From NCBI GenBank assembly GCA_030704615.1, contig CM060732.1:37262001-37326000 (forward strand): 64,000 nt of DNA, written 5' to 3'. This stretch comes from Takakia lepidozioides. Taxonomy: Eukaryota > Plantae > Bryophyta. A model generated the notes under the pieces. It searched no databases. It had not been told where the DNA came from and saw nothing but the letters and a program-made list of their open reading frames with translations. Both the position numbers and the translations under genes were made by a program. Every line of letters starts with the position of its first letter. The stretch's first letter is position 1. Shown one piece after another: positions 48,011 through 62,055 of the stretch.

Positions 48011-50623
48011 ATGGCTCTCCATTGCCCTACTTTTCTCTTATCTGCAGACTCATCGAGAGCCTTCACTGCCATCCCTGTTGTGCCGACCGTTCGGTGGAGA
48101 TTGTCGAAGCAGCATACCAAGCTCTTGGTGCGCAACTTCTTGCGGAGCCAAGAACCTGAGGTCGAAATTACAGACACAGGTGCTGCGAGTGGTGGAATTC
48201 TCAGCAAATGTGTCAAATTTTGGACGATGGGAAGAAAAGGGGCTTTGACTTGGGCTGTCACCAGCCTATTTTGTGTTGGGGTCGTCAACGTCCTTCCACA
48301 CCCTGAAGTTGGTGGATGGGAGATGCTATCGGGCTCCTTGATCGATGGAGCACAGACGTTCAACTTGCGTGTCAGTCCTGCTCATGCGGGTGGTTTGCTT
48401 CTAATGCCTCCCGTGAAACTCAACAATCGGTACAACTCCTACGCCCTTAACGCACCGATATCTCAAGAATCACATCGCAATATCCGAAACAATAACAATC
48501 AGACTGATACCAAATTTAGAAGTATTTTTTTTTCTCCCAGCTCAACTACAGTCAGCCTGATGAGATAGCTGGGATTGGGTAATAGAAGCATGCATGATGG
48601 TGGAAACTGGATATTCAATAGCTGAAAATACTGTGCCGTAAATTGTACTTCACCGTCTAATCCATGCTTTTAAGATCCTGAAGATAGACAGGACCTACTG
48701 CTTTGCTAACTCCTGTGGCCTTGCGAGCAGAGGAATTCATGTTGTGGGTGTGAACTCTGTCATTTCCCTAGAACACGTTATTACCTACCAGATGATCCAC
48801 TTTACTGACCTGATGATCCTATCCTTATCCGTGGTCGGCTGCCCCTGATGAAAACCAACCCTGTGCTTAATGTGGCATTTATGTTCTTTAGTTCCTGAAT
48901 GTGGCCGTCTGTCTGGACAGTTACTATCTGGTGAGAGCGGGGGAATCAGAATTTGAAACCAGAGGTATCATTAACACCAATCCTGTAGCCAAGACCTCAA
49001 TTGACAATGGGCTATCGGAGGAGGGGAAGAGACAGACGGCTCGAGCTGCCAAGCAGCTGAAGGCTCTAGGTGCTTGTGATGGAAGCTGTTGGATCTGGGC
49101 ATCCATCACCCAACGAGCATATCAGACAGCTGAAATCATTGCATACTTCAGCAACATAACTCGCAGGTTTGTCTTTTTCTAGTGTATTTTCCAACTTCCA
49201 ACACTGGTCAGATTTCATTCCTAGGATGGATGGGTCTATGATGGTCCTACTGCAACGCATACTGAAGCCTGAAAATCATGGACGGCTAGATTTTGCAGAA
49301 CCAAGTTTTTCTTAAGTCAATGCGTGCCCTGGGAGAATGCAACACATCAAGACATAAGTACTAGCCCCAGCAGGGAGGACAGGCTGCCACCTGGGACACG
49401 CTTTGAAGCCCAGGGTCTCCCATCGAATGGTTTTGCTCAGTGTCGCTTAAGAGCCTCATGAATGACTGGTGCATTCTTTTGGGCTACTGGATTTGCTGGT
49501 ATCCACATAAAGTTCGGCTTGGGGAAAGAACCCTGCTCGTACTTTGGCGCTTACTCCTTAGCTCACATGTGGCATGACTAGCCCGTTAGTCTGTTGACCT
49601 GTATATCATTGCATGGCATCTAAATTGACTTGTTTGTCTTCATGCCTTGCATTTCAAGGTGAAGGGAATTGATGGTGAATGCCGTGTTGGGTGGTTGATG
49701 TGCGTAAACAGTCGTATAGTACCCGAGTACAGCTTTTTGGATGCACGTGGGCTTGGGGCATATGAGGGGAGGCAACTAGCATCTGCGACAGAGGTATTGT
49801 ACTACATTACAGAGGGACTTGATTGACTAATTAGTGGCTCACAGGATTTGAAATGAGTTGATTTGTATTGCAAAAAGCTACCTACAAGGCACCTGCCCTG
49901 TGACAATGCTTGTTGTGGTAACCTCAGTTTGACTAGTGGTGCACGGTTACACCAACTTTGTGTGATTCTTTCACCTACTTTAAAACTGCCTCCTTGAGTG
50001 CAATGCCATTTTCCTGAAGTTAGAAAACCCAGCAAGTTTAGTTTTCCAACAGGTGGTAAACTATTTCACCTGCAGACAAGTCGGTTCTGTTTTTGGCAGG
50101 TTTATGATACAGATGCACTGTCCACAAACTTACGGCCTCCTCCTTTCACGGATGGCACCCCTAATGAGAGTGTGGCTGATGTGTTGGTTCGGGTCACACA
50201 ACTCATGTCGATTCTAGAGACACAGTATTTTGGTGAAACTATTGTCATAGTCTCACCTGACTCCGACAATTTGTCAGTGCTTCAGGCTGGCTTGACTGGC
50301 CTTGATCTTCGCAGGTATGCATGAGTGTTCCATGTGATTTTATTTTGCATGGGTTGGGACTGTTTTGGTGATTTTAAGCGGTGAAGCGGCCACACTTGGG
50401 CCTGGAGGTGGCATGTAGGACATTGTCTGGTAGCTGTATGAACTATGGATTTACTTACTGCTTGTTGTGAAGAAAATGCAATAAGTTCAGATTGGTTGGC
50501 AGGCACAGCCAGCTTGCATTTGTGCCAGGTGAAGTGAGGCTTCTGGACCCTGGCAGCCTGCCTCCTCCGCGGCCACCTGTTTCAGGTTTGATCAAGTGTA
50601 CTGGCAAACCTCCTGTTTGCTAG
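48011..50623 (+). CDS. Phosphoglycerate mutase (histidine phosphatase)-like protein, probably plastid-targeted; exons 48011-48429, 48921-49166, 49712-49793, 50100-50314, 50503-50623
   Basis: GT-AG introns give one open frame: NRYYLVRAGESE..GLSEEGKRQ..QRAYQTAEII..IVPEYSFLDARGLGAYEG..PNESVADVLVRV..IVIVSPDSD; transit-peptide-like N-terminus. Confidence 0.92.
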
Positions 50624-51399
50624 TTCATGCCTTACTAACAGATGTACCAACTTCTCATCCTGGATGCCAGGTGGGTTTAAAGAGTGCACGGTGAAAATTT
50701 GTCTGTGTGACAGCAATGTTGCCTTGTATGTCGAGATTCATGCATCCCTTATGGTATCTCTCTTTCATTTTCTTTGCATGACCTGTGTCATACAGTCTTG
50801 TTCTATTTAACAATCACGGTCACTCTTATGTGTATTAGCCTCACTCCTAAGGGTCTTTCTCCGCTGCAAGGAATAGGGCAGTTGTAACATTTTTGATGTA
50901 TCATTCACAGCCATGTGCTCTTAATCGCACATTGTACCTGCTTGCAGCTGAGCTATTGCTGACATGCTGACAACTGTGAAGTTGTACTAATATGGTCATG
51001 CGATAGTGTGAGGAATCTCTTGAATAATTTGATTTGTACAAAATAAGCTATGGATGTGGGGAGTAATTTCGTTTTAAAGTCTAAGGGTGTACCATGAAAG
51101 AGAACTCTGCCTGCAGCGTTCATACATATAACTGCTAAACTTGATGCATTGGAGATGATGTGAAATTGTAACAACTTGGTAAGGCTTCTTGAGGTGGATA
51201 TTATAGTTTGTGGTTGAAGAAAAGCTGTAAACCCAGGATTGGAAGGATTAGGAACATCTTGCGAGTGGTCAGTATCAACCGCAATCCCGAAAGCTTTGGC
51301 TTCATTAAGCCAGAAAGGCAAGGTTTTGGAATGGAGTCAAATGGTAGAAAGACATGGTTTGATCACGGGGGACAGGACCCCGTCCACTGGAACCGATGG

Positions 51400-51960
51400 T
51401 CCATGCTGCCATCACAAAAATTGGAATTGTAGCAATGGAAACTGCCCTCTTGGATGTGCATGCCAAATGTGGGAGCATCAAGGAAGCTGAACCAGTGTTC
51501 CACAATATACCACATGATATCATGATGATCACACCATGGTGTGAGATAGTGGCAAGACATGCCCAGCATGGTCGTCAGAGGAATGCACGGCAAGTATTTG
51601 GAGGAATGCAAATGGGGACTTGAAGGCGAACAGTATCACTTATTATATGTGTTTTCTCTTGGATCTCGGAGTCAATATCGTGGCCTCAGTCCAACCGTGG
51701 AGCACATTGGTTCCATGGTGGACTTTCTTGACAAGGCAAATGGATGAAGCAGAATACTTCAATAGCAAATTGGCAAATCCCAACTAGTGCTGTGGCATGT
51801 AGCCAGGTTGCTTGGTGCCTGCAGAATCCATGGCGCTGTGGAGGTGGCAGAACTTGGGGGGAAATCTGTTGTCTAGTGGGAACTGCAGGATGCTGGAACT
51901 CATGTTTTGCTGTCAAACATGTATGTTGTGGCTTGCCGGTTGATCTCATCATGGGAACCA
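51400..51960 (+). pseudogene. PLS/E-class PPR pseudogene fragment
   Basis: TALLDVHAKCGSIKEAEPVFHNI, GLSPTVEHIGSMVDFL and LLGACRIHGAVEVAELG in shifting frames. Confidence 0.8.
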
Positions 51961-52886
51961 CCTTCTCTATGGCTCAAACTCAGACAAGTAGTTCCTGAAA
52001 ACTGAAAGGAACTAATCTTCGCATTTCCATGTCAAAACAGGCAGTGTAAAGAAGAGTTCAATATTTCTGAGGGCATTCATGCTGCACTGGGAAAACGTAC
52101 TTCATAGAAAGGAGGGGTTGGAAATGACCTCCAGAATGTGAGAGCATACATGCTCCAGCTGCTCTGATGAAATCCTTCTCCTGTTTCCTCATATCCAGGA
52201 AGTTCAATGGCTACACACTGCAGTGTTTCAGATAACGTCATCTGCTGCAGGGGCTTGGGCCGTTGCCATCATGAGGCTGCTATCGAAGTCTTGTGCTGTG
52301 GTCAAGGGGTTCCTTTTTGTTGGGGGTATGGGAGATGTATCGGCCAAGATCCTTACTCACCCCCCTGGATAATTTTTTGTCTGGAAAAGATTCACTTAGT
52401 ATGCTGCAGGGTTCATAGAGTCTTCTGGCTTGAAGCTACGTTCATGTAACTATATCCCCGGAGACAAAACACAAACCAACAACTGGTTTCTGAAGATACC
52501 AGAAGATAATGGGGCACTGTGCCCAAAGATTTCTGTGAGATAAGTTACATTGAATGCTCAAAATCAGATGCAGTCAAACTGTTTTCCTCCTAAAGAGCAG
52601 TGGCCTAGATCTGTGCACCAAGGCCTGCGCTGTCTTCTAGAGTAAAGTGATTAATTGATTGATGCTTGATTGGACTGCCCATTTGAAGCTATGTCAACCA
52701 TGCCAAGGTTTAGAGCTGACCTCACACAACTGCAGGATTGGAGGTATTAACACCCGATTGCATGAGGTAAAAAGCTGATTAAGGAATCAACTGCCAAAAC
52801 ATAGAGACTGGAGGTTGTAGGTGTAATCGGATAGGTGGTGAATCCTAAAATGATATCCTTGAAGACCTAGCCAGTTGGTCTGCGAA

Positions 52887-54109
52887 TCAAGGAGCAGCCA
52901 CATTCGCCTTGGCTTTGGGAGCAATCTCCTCACCTTCCTGACCTGCACTGCTACCCTCGACTTGCAATGCCAACAACGCTTCCTCCCAATTTCTTGCAGG
53001 ACCCTGTCACCAATAATTGAGGGACAGGTCTTTCACTTATGAGTGTGACGGGGGAGAGAGAACGCAACTTTGTTATCTCCACAGGAAACACACAGAGCGT
53101 ATGGGACAAACAAAAGAGAGCAGATAGAACACATGGACCCCAGCAACCATTTCCCCACCATGACCATAAAGCTAATTGACTTGAGTCAGACAGTTTCTTT
53201 CTTTCATTGTTCCATGGATGTTATAGAGCACCATTTCATTCAATTTCATTGTTTCTATCTCTAATTTGGAGAGCACATATGTACGCTGCAAGGATCTCTA
53301 CTCTTCATAACGTAGCTATCCCTAAAAATGCAGAAACGAGTCAGAATTTCAAGAATTCTGTCTTCAAGCCCATGTGATTGGACAGGGTAGAATGATGAGA
53401 ACACACCTTCCATGATAGGTCCTGCGCCATGCATACTTTGATCATTTTGTTAAATGCTGGTGTTCCATACACCTTGACTGCCCTCTTCACAGTGGTGGCC
53501 AGCGCCTCCACATCCACCGGGTCAACAGCTTCACACTGCCAGGCCACCAGATGGTCACACTTAGATTCCTATATCCCTCTGTTTTTCTTGTGTGACTGTT
53601 CATTACACACATTGCTGACTGGATTAAGATAGTAATGTGAATTGCCTTCATGTATGTAAGTGGAACCTCAAGTCTGTGAGCCTCCCTCGCTCAAGTAGAG
53701 ACCCTGCACTCCCAAGCTGGAAAAGGCTGTGAGATATGTCCATAGTTGTAACTTACATCAACATTGAATGCTGTTCCAATCTGGAAGCCAGTTACACCAT
53801 CTTCCACTGTGTCTACGAGTCCACCTGTTGAAGCAACAATCGGCACCTGCACAGCATGCACAGAATATACTCACATTTATTTTGCTGTGGTCAAGTATGG
53901 CAAGCTTAGCGGTTTCTTACAGAAGTTGAATACCCCGAGGGTGCTGAAGCAATTAGCCCCAGGCAATAACCAAGGGTTTCTTTAACTGCTGGCTGCACAA
54001 ATGATTTGGTAAGCAATGGACTTTATTACAGGAAAAATGTGCAATGCGAAAGAGGTGTGGAGGTCTGTGATTAAGTGAGGATGTTCAGAATGTTTCTGTA
54101 TACAAGAGA

Positions 54110-54141
<32 letters not shown>

Positions 54142-57100
54142 CGTTCCATAGCGCATGGCATGGAGTTGAATGAGGCCACATGGTTCAAATCGACTGGGAA
54201 CCAAAAGAAAGTCTGCTCCAGCTGTAATCATGTGCGCCAATGGAACATTGAACTTCACTATACCCCGCGCTTTATCAGGAAACTCAGTCTCAAGCTGCTC
54301 CAGCTGCTTCTCCAATTCTTTCTTTCCTGTGCCCTGTCCAAGACCACTGAATTGAGTCTCTACAACTTGGCCAACACATCACATGGAGGAACATCAACAT
54401 ATCTACTCCAACAGGGGGTTTGACCAACTTTACAATTTGTGCAATTTCTGGTTTGCCTCCTAACTATAGCTAATTGTTGAGAGAAATGCCATAAACTAAT
54501 CATTACAAAAATGTGCCATGAACAATGTGCCCCTCCAGTTGGTATAACAATTTACACCACAATGGAGCTCATGTCAGACACCAGGGCCCAATTTCACGAA
54601 TGGAACAAACATACAATAGTCCCCACTCTCGATAACTTTCCCCCTATGTTTCATTTTTGGGGAGAGAGAACATGAGCCATCATAGATGTAGCAAATCTCG
54701 CCTAATCTGGCCTTGATGCTCAACAAACTTTAGCCACAACCAAGAACAGATTAACGGCTGACTTGTGAGACTCCAGGAGCACTATGTCCCTTGCAAAGTG
54801 ATATCAGAAGGGATGTCGCTCCCAGGTGTTTCCCTTTCTAAAATTTAAAAAAAGAAAAAGAAAAGAAGAAGGGATGAAAATGTCAACAACACATCAGCTT
54901 CTGGAACTCTTGGCACCACAACCAAGACACAATCAATACTATATAAGGCTCCCCACTTGAGTTCTGGCCATTGGAGAGGAAAGGTGGTCTTGACATGCAC
55001 AGTATACAGAGCTAGTACATTGCATTTAGAGACACACAGAGGTAAGTAGGGAAGGGAGGGGAGGTAAGTTACCAGCACAATCAGTTGAATATCTTCTTGT
55101 AGAAATTCAGCAACAGCTTCCGCAAGAATGTCGGATCCCTTTTGCTCCTCTAATCTACCGATGAAGCCAATGAGGGGGACATCTGGATTTACAGGCAATC
55201 CAACCTCTGCTTGCAATGACTCCTTTAACACAGGCTTTGCATCAGAGACCTGCATTGCAAACATTATCAACGTGCATAAGGGGAATTCCTTCCATCAAAT
55301 CCTGAGATTACAAACTTATGACAGCACATAATTGCACTCAGCCTTCATGAATGAGCACAAAGGCATGCACATGGATGAGTTATATGAATAGGCACTCACT
55401 CACCGGTTCCTTGTGTTAGAATGTAAACTCTGCTCCCCACTTACTATGAAACAAGAAATCAGGTAGAGATGGTAACAAGATACATGTCTACACAGTGAAA
55501 CCGCGGCCATGCTCTTCAACAGTCAGTTTAGACAAAAAAGTGAGCCAATTTCAGGATTTAGCTGTGGCATTGAATGTTATTTCACAGATAAATCTCAGAC
55601 TCACTCGGTCCTTTCCCTGAATGGATACATAGGATTGCCCAACCACAGCTATCTTGCCTTGACAGTTAGGATGTCATTTCTGCCCGTTACAACACATGGG
55701 CTTTTAGTCACTTGAATATGACAATCTTCAGTCATTTCAGCCATGAGAGAGTAAGTAGGTGGATAGGGGCTTCCTGACACAACCGGTCAACAGAGGACTT
55801 AAAATCTCTGATTCGGAAAGTTCGCTCATAGAAGAAACCAAATCAAAATGCCAGACATCAGCAAAAGAGAGTATATACCGTGTTAATGTCATAAGGAACA
55901 TCAAGGTGCTTGTCAGCTGAGGGGTCCCACTCTTGCACGTCCATGCCATTCACAATACCAAGGATGCCAGTTTTCCGTACTATATTATCGAGCTCCACTC
56001 CTTTGTCAGGCCCTTCAGTCAACTCTTTTGCATAGTTTGGGCTGACTGTCAAAACCAAGTCTGATTCTAGAAAGGCTGCCTTCATCCAGTTGATTTTGCG
56101 CCCTTTCACTGGTTTAGCATAACTGAACCAAAGAAAACGAAAATATTGATGTGAGCCCAAGTAGTTGAATTCACAGATCGCCTCTGGGAAAAGGATACCT
56201 TTTGAAGCTTCCTGATCCATCCTTCATCTCTTTAACTTACCATTGCTCCTGGTTGTGGAGGTTCCACTCTTTCGTACTGAACATTTTAATAATTTCTGTA
56301 GCAATATCATTTACCTCATGGGTATCACACATCTGTTTAGACTTAACTAAGATATCTGATCATTGCCAAAGACTGAGCTCTAAGTGTTGCTTGGCTACAT
56401 CAAAAGCTTTTAATTGCACATATTAAGATTCAACTTCCAAAAAGGGTAGGAGCCCACAAGCAGACAAGAACATCATAACCAGTTAGGTGAATTCCAATCT
56501 AATTGGCGAGAATCTAAAATGGCTGGATTAATCTAGCTTATCTCTGAAGAGGTCAACTCAAATATGCTCTTCATCAAATCTGAATGCCCCATCACGTTGC
56601 AGTTAAAATTTCTGTGACTAGTTTTTCAAGGAAATAGCTTAGTCTGTTACCATCTTCTGGTCTCTGGTTATGGCTTTGCAAATGACAGGAAAAAGCTGTC
56701 ACAAAGTAGGAAGTGTTTCCTCATCTTATGCCTACTTGAAAATCAATTATCAATAATCAATTATCAATTTAATTACTGTTTTGCATTCAAAGAAGTCGGG
56801 CATAAGTTTCAAAAGTGTGTACCCATCAAAAAAGTCAAATGAGCTGCGGAATTCGTCCGGAAGATTCAATCGCTGATAGTCAGCAAAGGAAAATCTGCCT
56901 TGGTAGGCTATGTTATGCACGCAAAAGGCTACCTGCCATCCACAAATACAATTCCTTGTTTCAACTCATCCAGACACAAAACACCGGATGGCTGACAAAA
57001 AGATGTAACTATACACACATTCAGGATTGGGGACATATTTCCTCAAGAAATTTCTGTTCTTTTCAGTCATTCTTAGACTAGATATCCCACCACCCACACT

Positions 57101-60100
57101 TGAGGTCTTCAGTTTTGCCCCATTACAGATTTTGGATTACTTAGTGAATGCTGATAGGGAAAGCAACTTTTGTTCCTGTTGGTACTTGCAAATCCAAAAA
57201 TTAACAGCTTTCCTTTTGCCCTCTCTTGACATGAGGCACTGTTGCATGTATCTTCATAAGCTTCGTCTCCGAGGATGATGCACCAGATACAGCATCTACA
57301 GCATACTACATTGATCACTTTGCAAATCTTGGCAAAGATATTCCCTCTGAAGTAGATGCTAGAACTTGCATAACACTCACCTTAGCTTTTGTGAAGGATC
57401 CAGTAGCCTTATACATACTCTTCAAGTAGCAGGGAAGTAGAGCTGTGTGCCAATCATTTGCTACAAAGACAACATTCTCACCTGTGCAAGAGAGGCCACT
57501 GGGCAGTCAGACTTTTAAATGTGGCTACGTGTTTTGAGCAGATCAGACTGATTGAGAATGTATTATGAGTTGGAATCCATGAGCAGTTCTGTTGCCTTTC
57601 ATAAAAGCATTAGATGAGCACATATGTAGGAGGGATGTTCACTAGAATTCACTTGTCCGATCCTTCTGGCCATACACTCCCAACACTGGGGACAGGCCGT
57701 GCATAAGAGAACAAAATTAGGCAACCTACCACATCAAGCTGAGGAATGAATAAACAATTTGCTGGAGCACACTATAGAACACAAAGAAAGAAGAAGGAAC
57801 ACATGCATTCCCTGCCTTTTCCTTAGAATGAGAAATCCAAGATACTGACCGTAAGGCCCACTGAAGTACTCATTACTGTTGAGGTCTAAGACACGCGTTG
57901 CTTCAATGGCTGCCTGTACACACAGCACCACAGGAAATTGCATTAAATTCAGCTACATATGAACAATCTCGAGACTGCAGAGTACCAAAACAATAACAAG
58001 ACTGATGTGGAGAAATGTCCATGACAAGGCGACAATTGTAAATAGAAATTTACCTGCGCTAAAAGACAGAAGCGAAGCTGGTTGTCCTCATAGTCAGTTC
58101 CCGAAACAGGACCATAGATCTTGCTTCCTGTCTTACCCCAAACCTGCAGATACCCAAATTTTGGTTCAACCAACTCACTCTAGCTCAGTGCTCATTATTC
58201 ATCACACAGTGTCCATAACAAGTTTACCAGGCAACTAATTTCTAACCTGTGGTAGACAAGTCTGAGCATGCACAAGGATAACCTTTGATTATTCACATAC
58301 TCAGTGCTGATCTGAGCACTCTCTGAATATTCCAGATATCCCTGTAACTTGTGAATAGTCCATGTATTGTCCATGTGATCTCAACCTAATAGTTCTTGTT
58401 ATTTACTTCTGATATTCTTGGCCCACCATCAGAGAGCTCATGAGAACAGGAGTTTGAAAGAGAGCCGGCCCACCTTAGCAAGAAAGAGTGGGTGGTCGAT
58501 AAAGACACGGTCAACCCCCCGCTTGAAGCAATGGAAGAAACGTACTATTTCTTTCGTGTCTCCAACTGTTATCTGCGAGTCAGGCATGTGTACGATTTAA
58601 ACAAACACGCTCCCTCAAGGGAGATCTAACCCACACAGTCCTACTCTTGAGAATCTAATCAGTACTTCCGAATGCCTCACCCGCTGAGCATTGGAAAACA
58701 ACACCTTCGAAGTTCTGAGGCTTCTTTCTCTATCTCAAGTAAATTCCAACATGTAATGGTCTGACAGGGATTCAGAAACCGGACAGCTTCAACTGTAGTA
58801 AATAAAGGACCGGTAAAATATTATCACATAATGTGCAGCCTTGACAAAGTACCAAGTGCTCAAGAACTGTGAGCTAGGTAAATCATGAGTGAATGTCCAC
58901 CTGTGTGAACGAAATCATCACTCAACATGGATCTGAGTGCATAGACAGATCAGCAAAACTGACACAGAATTGCCATAGGCAGGAGCTTCCGTCCAACTCA
59001 TCAACGCTTATCACTACTTAGGCGAACCTAAATCCACAGGATCAGGTCGACATAACTATGTATGCACTGGGCTCACAGTATCGAGAAGGTTTGGATGGAT
59101 GGTCTTTGTGATATCAACAGAGAGTGTAAGCATGGCAACCTCAATTGATGTGTCGGTATCCCATGCATCCTTGTACTGGTCATAGCGAGGTGACACTGTC
59201 ATCACACGATGCCCACGCGCCTGCCTCAAAACATGCACCACGTTCAGTCAATTCACTCTCCCCAAATACAACACTCATCATTGTGCACAATGCCCATGAT
59301 CTGCCTCCTTTCCATTCTCCCCACCCTGCCCTCGGAGGCTCTTCGTGTTAGTTTTACTTGGGGCTACCAAAAGGTGTGGTGGGACTTGGGGACCGGCACT
59401 GGACAAGGCAGAGCACAACCGCAGAGGAATGTCGAGTAGTGCTATTCACGTTAAATGCCAATTAAGCTGTCATTTGAGCTATCTGTGGGCATGTAATCCG
59501 TGGACATACTATAGTGGTCGATGTGAGTTCTGTTTACAGTAAGTACAGAGTCAAGCTAGGGAAACCTAGTGCACCATCCAGGTCCGACCTTGATGAAGCA
59601 AGCTATGAAGACTGAAGTCGACTAGCTTTGAGGTTAATTTAAAAGGGAGGAGGAATAGTGTGTAAGGGTGACAAAATTATGAAGCGGGCAGTAATCAATG
59701 ATACAAACGGAGAGCGGAATGTTAAATTGGATAGTAGCAGTAGCATACAATCAAGTGGTATACTCTCAACTTGTTTGCATGTCAGGCCACCTCTTTGGAA
59801 GAGATACATAAATACTGGCTACAATGGTGGCTCATTGCAGATTTTCTTTTGATTGCGCACTTGCACTAAGCATTAGTACTGCTGACGAGGCTTACTGGGT
59901 AAGATCTTCCGAATCTGAATTGACAAATCTGCAGGTTGCTGCTACTTCAAATCTAATTGTCAGGATTCAACAATACAGCTTCCAGAGGAAAATCCAGGCA
60001 GACGGTAGTCGTAGAGTTGTTGAGGTAATGAGTTTACAGCGAGAGCGGGGGGAAGGCCACCAAGCACATCGCCAAGCCCTCCAGTTTTGCTCCATGGAGA

Positions 60101-60397
60101 CACCTCGGCTGCCACGAACACAATGTTCATGCCCTCGCAAACAGTCACAGCCCGGTGCCCTCGACTCACGCTCGATTGCAGGGCCCTGTTCAAATCCTGC
60201 TTGAACCTCACCTCCAGGCTCTGCTTTTGACCAATCCGATGCGCCACACTAGCAGCCCGAAGGCCTTGGAACATTGCCACACTGCCGCCTAACGCTCTGG
60301 CGCATTGCGCCGATGTGGACGGCACAGCCTTCTTCTCCGTATGCGAAATCGGGGAGGATCTGGAGGGCACAATATGTTGCGCAACCGCCATTGCCAT
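52887..60397 (-). CDS. GBSS: Granule-bound starch synthase (waxy); exons 60397-60038, 59220-59140, 58572-58474, 58143-58054, 57913-57850, 57481-57381, 56932-56823, 56122-55879, 55249-55073, 54333-54142, 53846-53757, 53535-53407, 53003-52887
   Basis: Transit peptide, [38 protein letters not shown]-terminal [14 protein letters not shown]. Canonical splice sites; exon sizes 81/99/90/64/101/110/244/177/192/90/129/117 are typical of waxy genes. Confidence 0.98.
54113..54141. repeat. (CA)n microsatellite at a GBSS splice donor
   Basis: A run of CA dinucleotides abutting the exon end at 54142. Confidence 0.95.
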
Positions 60398-61203
60398 CGC
60401 GCAATGCAGCAGTTGAAAGGCCCTCGCTACTGTCCCGAAATTCCTTCGTCCTCCTTCAAAATTCTCACAAAGACCACAAACAACATATGATATTCGGGAG
60501 CATGATTGGTGAGCAAGGATGCAACCGCTTATTTTACTGGTGATCTCCGGCTATCTGCAATCTAGAGCTTTGTATGCACAATCACAGAGACAGACAGACA
60601 CACAGAGACAGAGCAGGCGAGGCAGGGCCTCGTTTTTCATGTGTTCCGCTGCAGGGAAACGGTACTTGTGTCGGGCCCGGAGATGGAGGCATGTGAGCCG
60701 TTGGCGGCGAAAGATGTTGCGGGAAAGTAAATGAGCAGCTCGGGACTACTGGGATCCTCTGCCACTCTCTCTCTCTCGTACAACTTACACGTGGCTCGTT
60801 ACACTTAGCCAGACAAACAGCAGGGATAATGGTCGGTCTTTTACAGCTTTTTCATTTTTGTTTTTTAATATCTTTTTAGAAAACTTATGAAAAGGGGATG
60901 GAAGCCCTGAGATCTTTTTTATTTGTTGGCTCCTCTTTATTGTAAAGAGGAGACTACGTACCCATGCTAAGCCCTGTTGTGCCTTTCCCACGCGTTACTC
61001 CTCTCTTTTGCTCATAAATACTTCCTCCCATGCTTCGCAAGCTAATACCTCCCTCAGATAGCATCTTTCTTATTGAACAACTTATGAGAAATAAATGGAT
61101 GAACTTTCAGGTTTTTTTTTTATTATTATTTTTATATAAATTATGAAAAGGAAACCTGGGAGCTACTGCTCACAATTCAGGCCCTTGAGGAGGGGAAAAA
61201 AAT

Positions 61204-62055
61204 AACCCCCTTTCAGATAAGCCATTAGGCACACAGGTGGAAACGTCACCGCCAGACCAACCGGTCCTTTCAGTGGACATAAGCGTCTAGCCGCTTGTTT
61301 TTATTATAAGATTATTTCAAAAGAGGGCCAAGCACAAAGCTCATGGGGCACGCAAGGGGAGAAGATAATACCAGTGGGCTCAGAAATCGTAATGAGGCTG
61401 GTCCGACGATGGGGCCCGCCGTCTCATTAATATAGGAGCAAACTACCTTCATGCAGCGAGGACTTTGAATTTTTTTGGCATATGAAATTTACAACTACCT
61501 CCATGCAGGTAGTTTTAGGATTTTCTACGTGAAGGTAGTTGCAAAACCAAGCTGAAAACTACCTGCATGAGAGTAGTTACATACACACCTCCATGGAGGG
61601 AGATGGTTGTAGTAAGCCACTACAATGAACCCCCTTTCAGATAAGCCATTAGGCACACAGGTGGAAACGTCACCGCCAGACCAACCGGTCCTTTCAGTGG
61701 ACATAAGCGTCTAGCCGCTTGTTTTTATTATAAGATTATTTCAAAAGAGGGCCAAGCACAAAGCTCATGGGGCACGCAAGGGGAGAAGATAATACCAGTG
61801 GGCTCAGAAATCGTAATGAGGCTGGTCCGACGATGGGGCCCGCCGTCTCATTAATATAGGAGCAAACTACCTTCATGCAGCGAGGACTTTGAATTTTTTT
61901 GGCATATGAAATTTACAACTACCTCCATGCAGGTAGTTTTAGGATTTTCTACGTGAAGGTAGTTGCAAAACCAAGCTGAAAACTACCTGCATGAGAGTAG
62001 TTACATACACACCTCCATGGAGGGAGGTGGTTGTAGTAAGCCACTACAATGAACC
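61204..62055. repeat. Near-perfect 2 x 424-bp tandem duplication upstream of GBSS
   Basis: 61204-61627 repeats at 61628-62051 with one visible mismatch (AGATGG/AGGTGG); AACC at the junctions. Confidence 0.95.
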
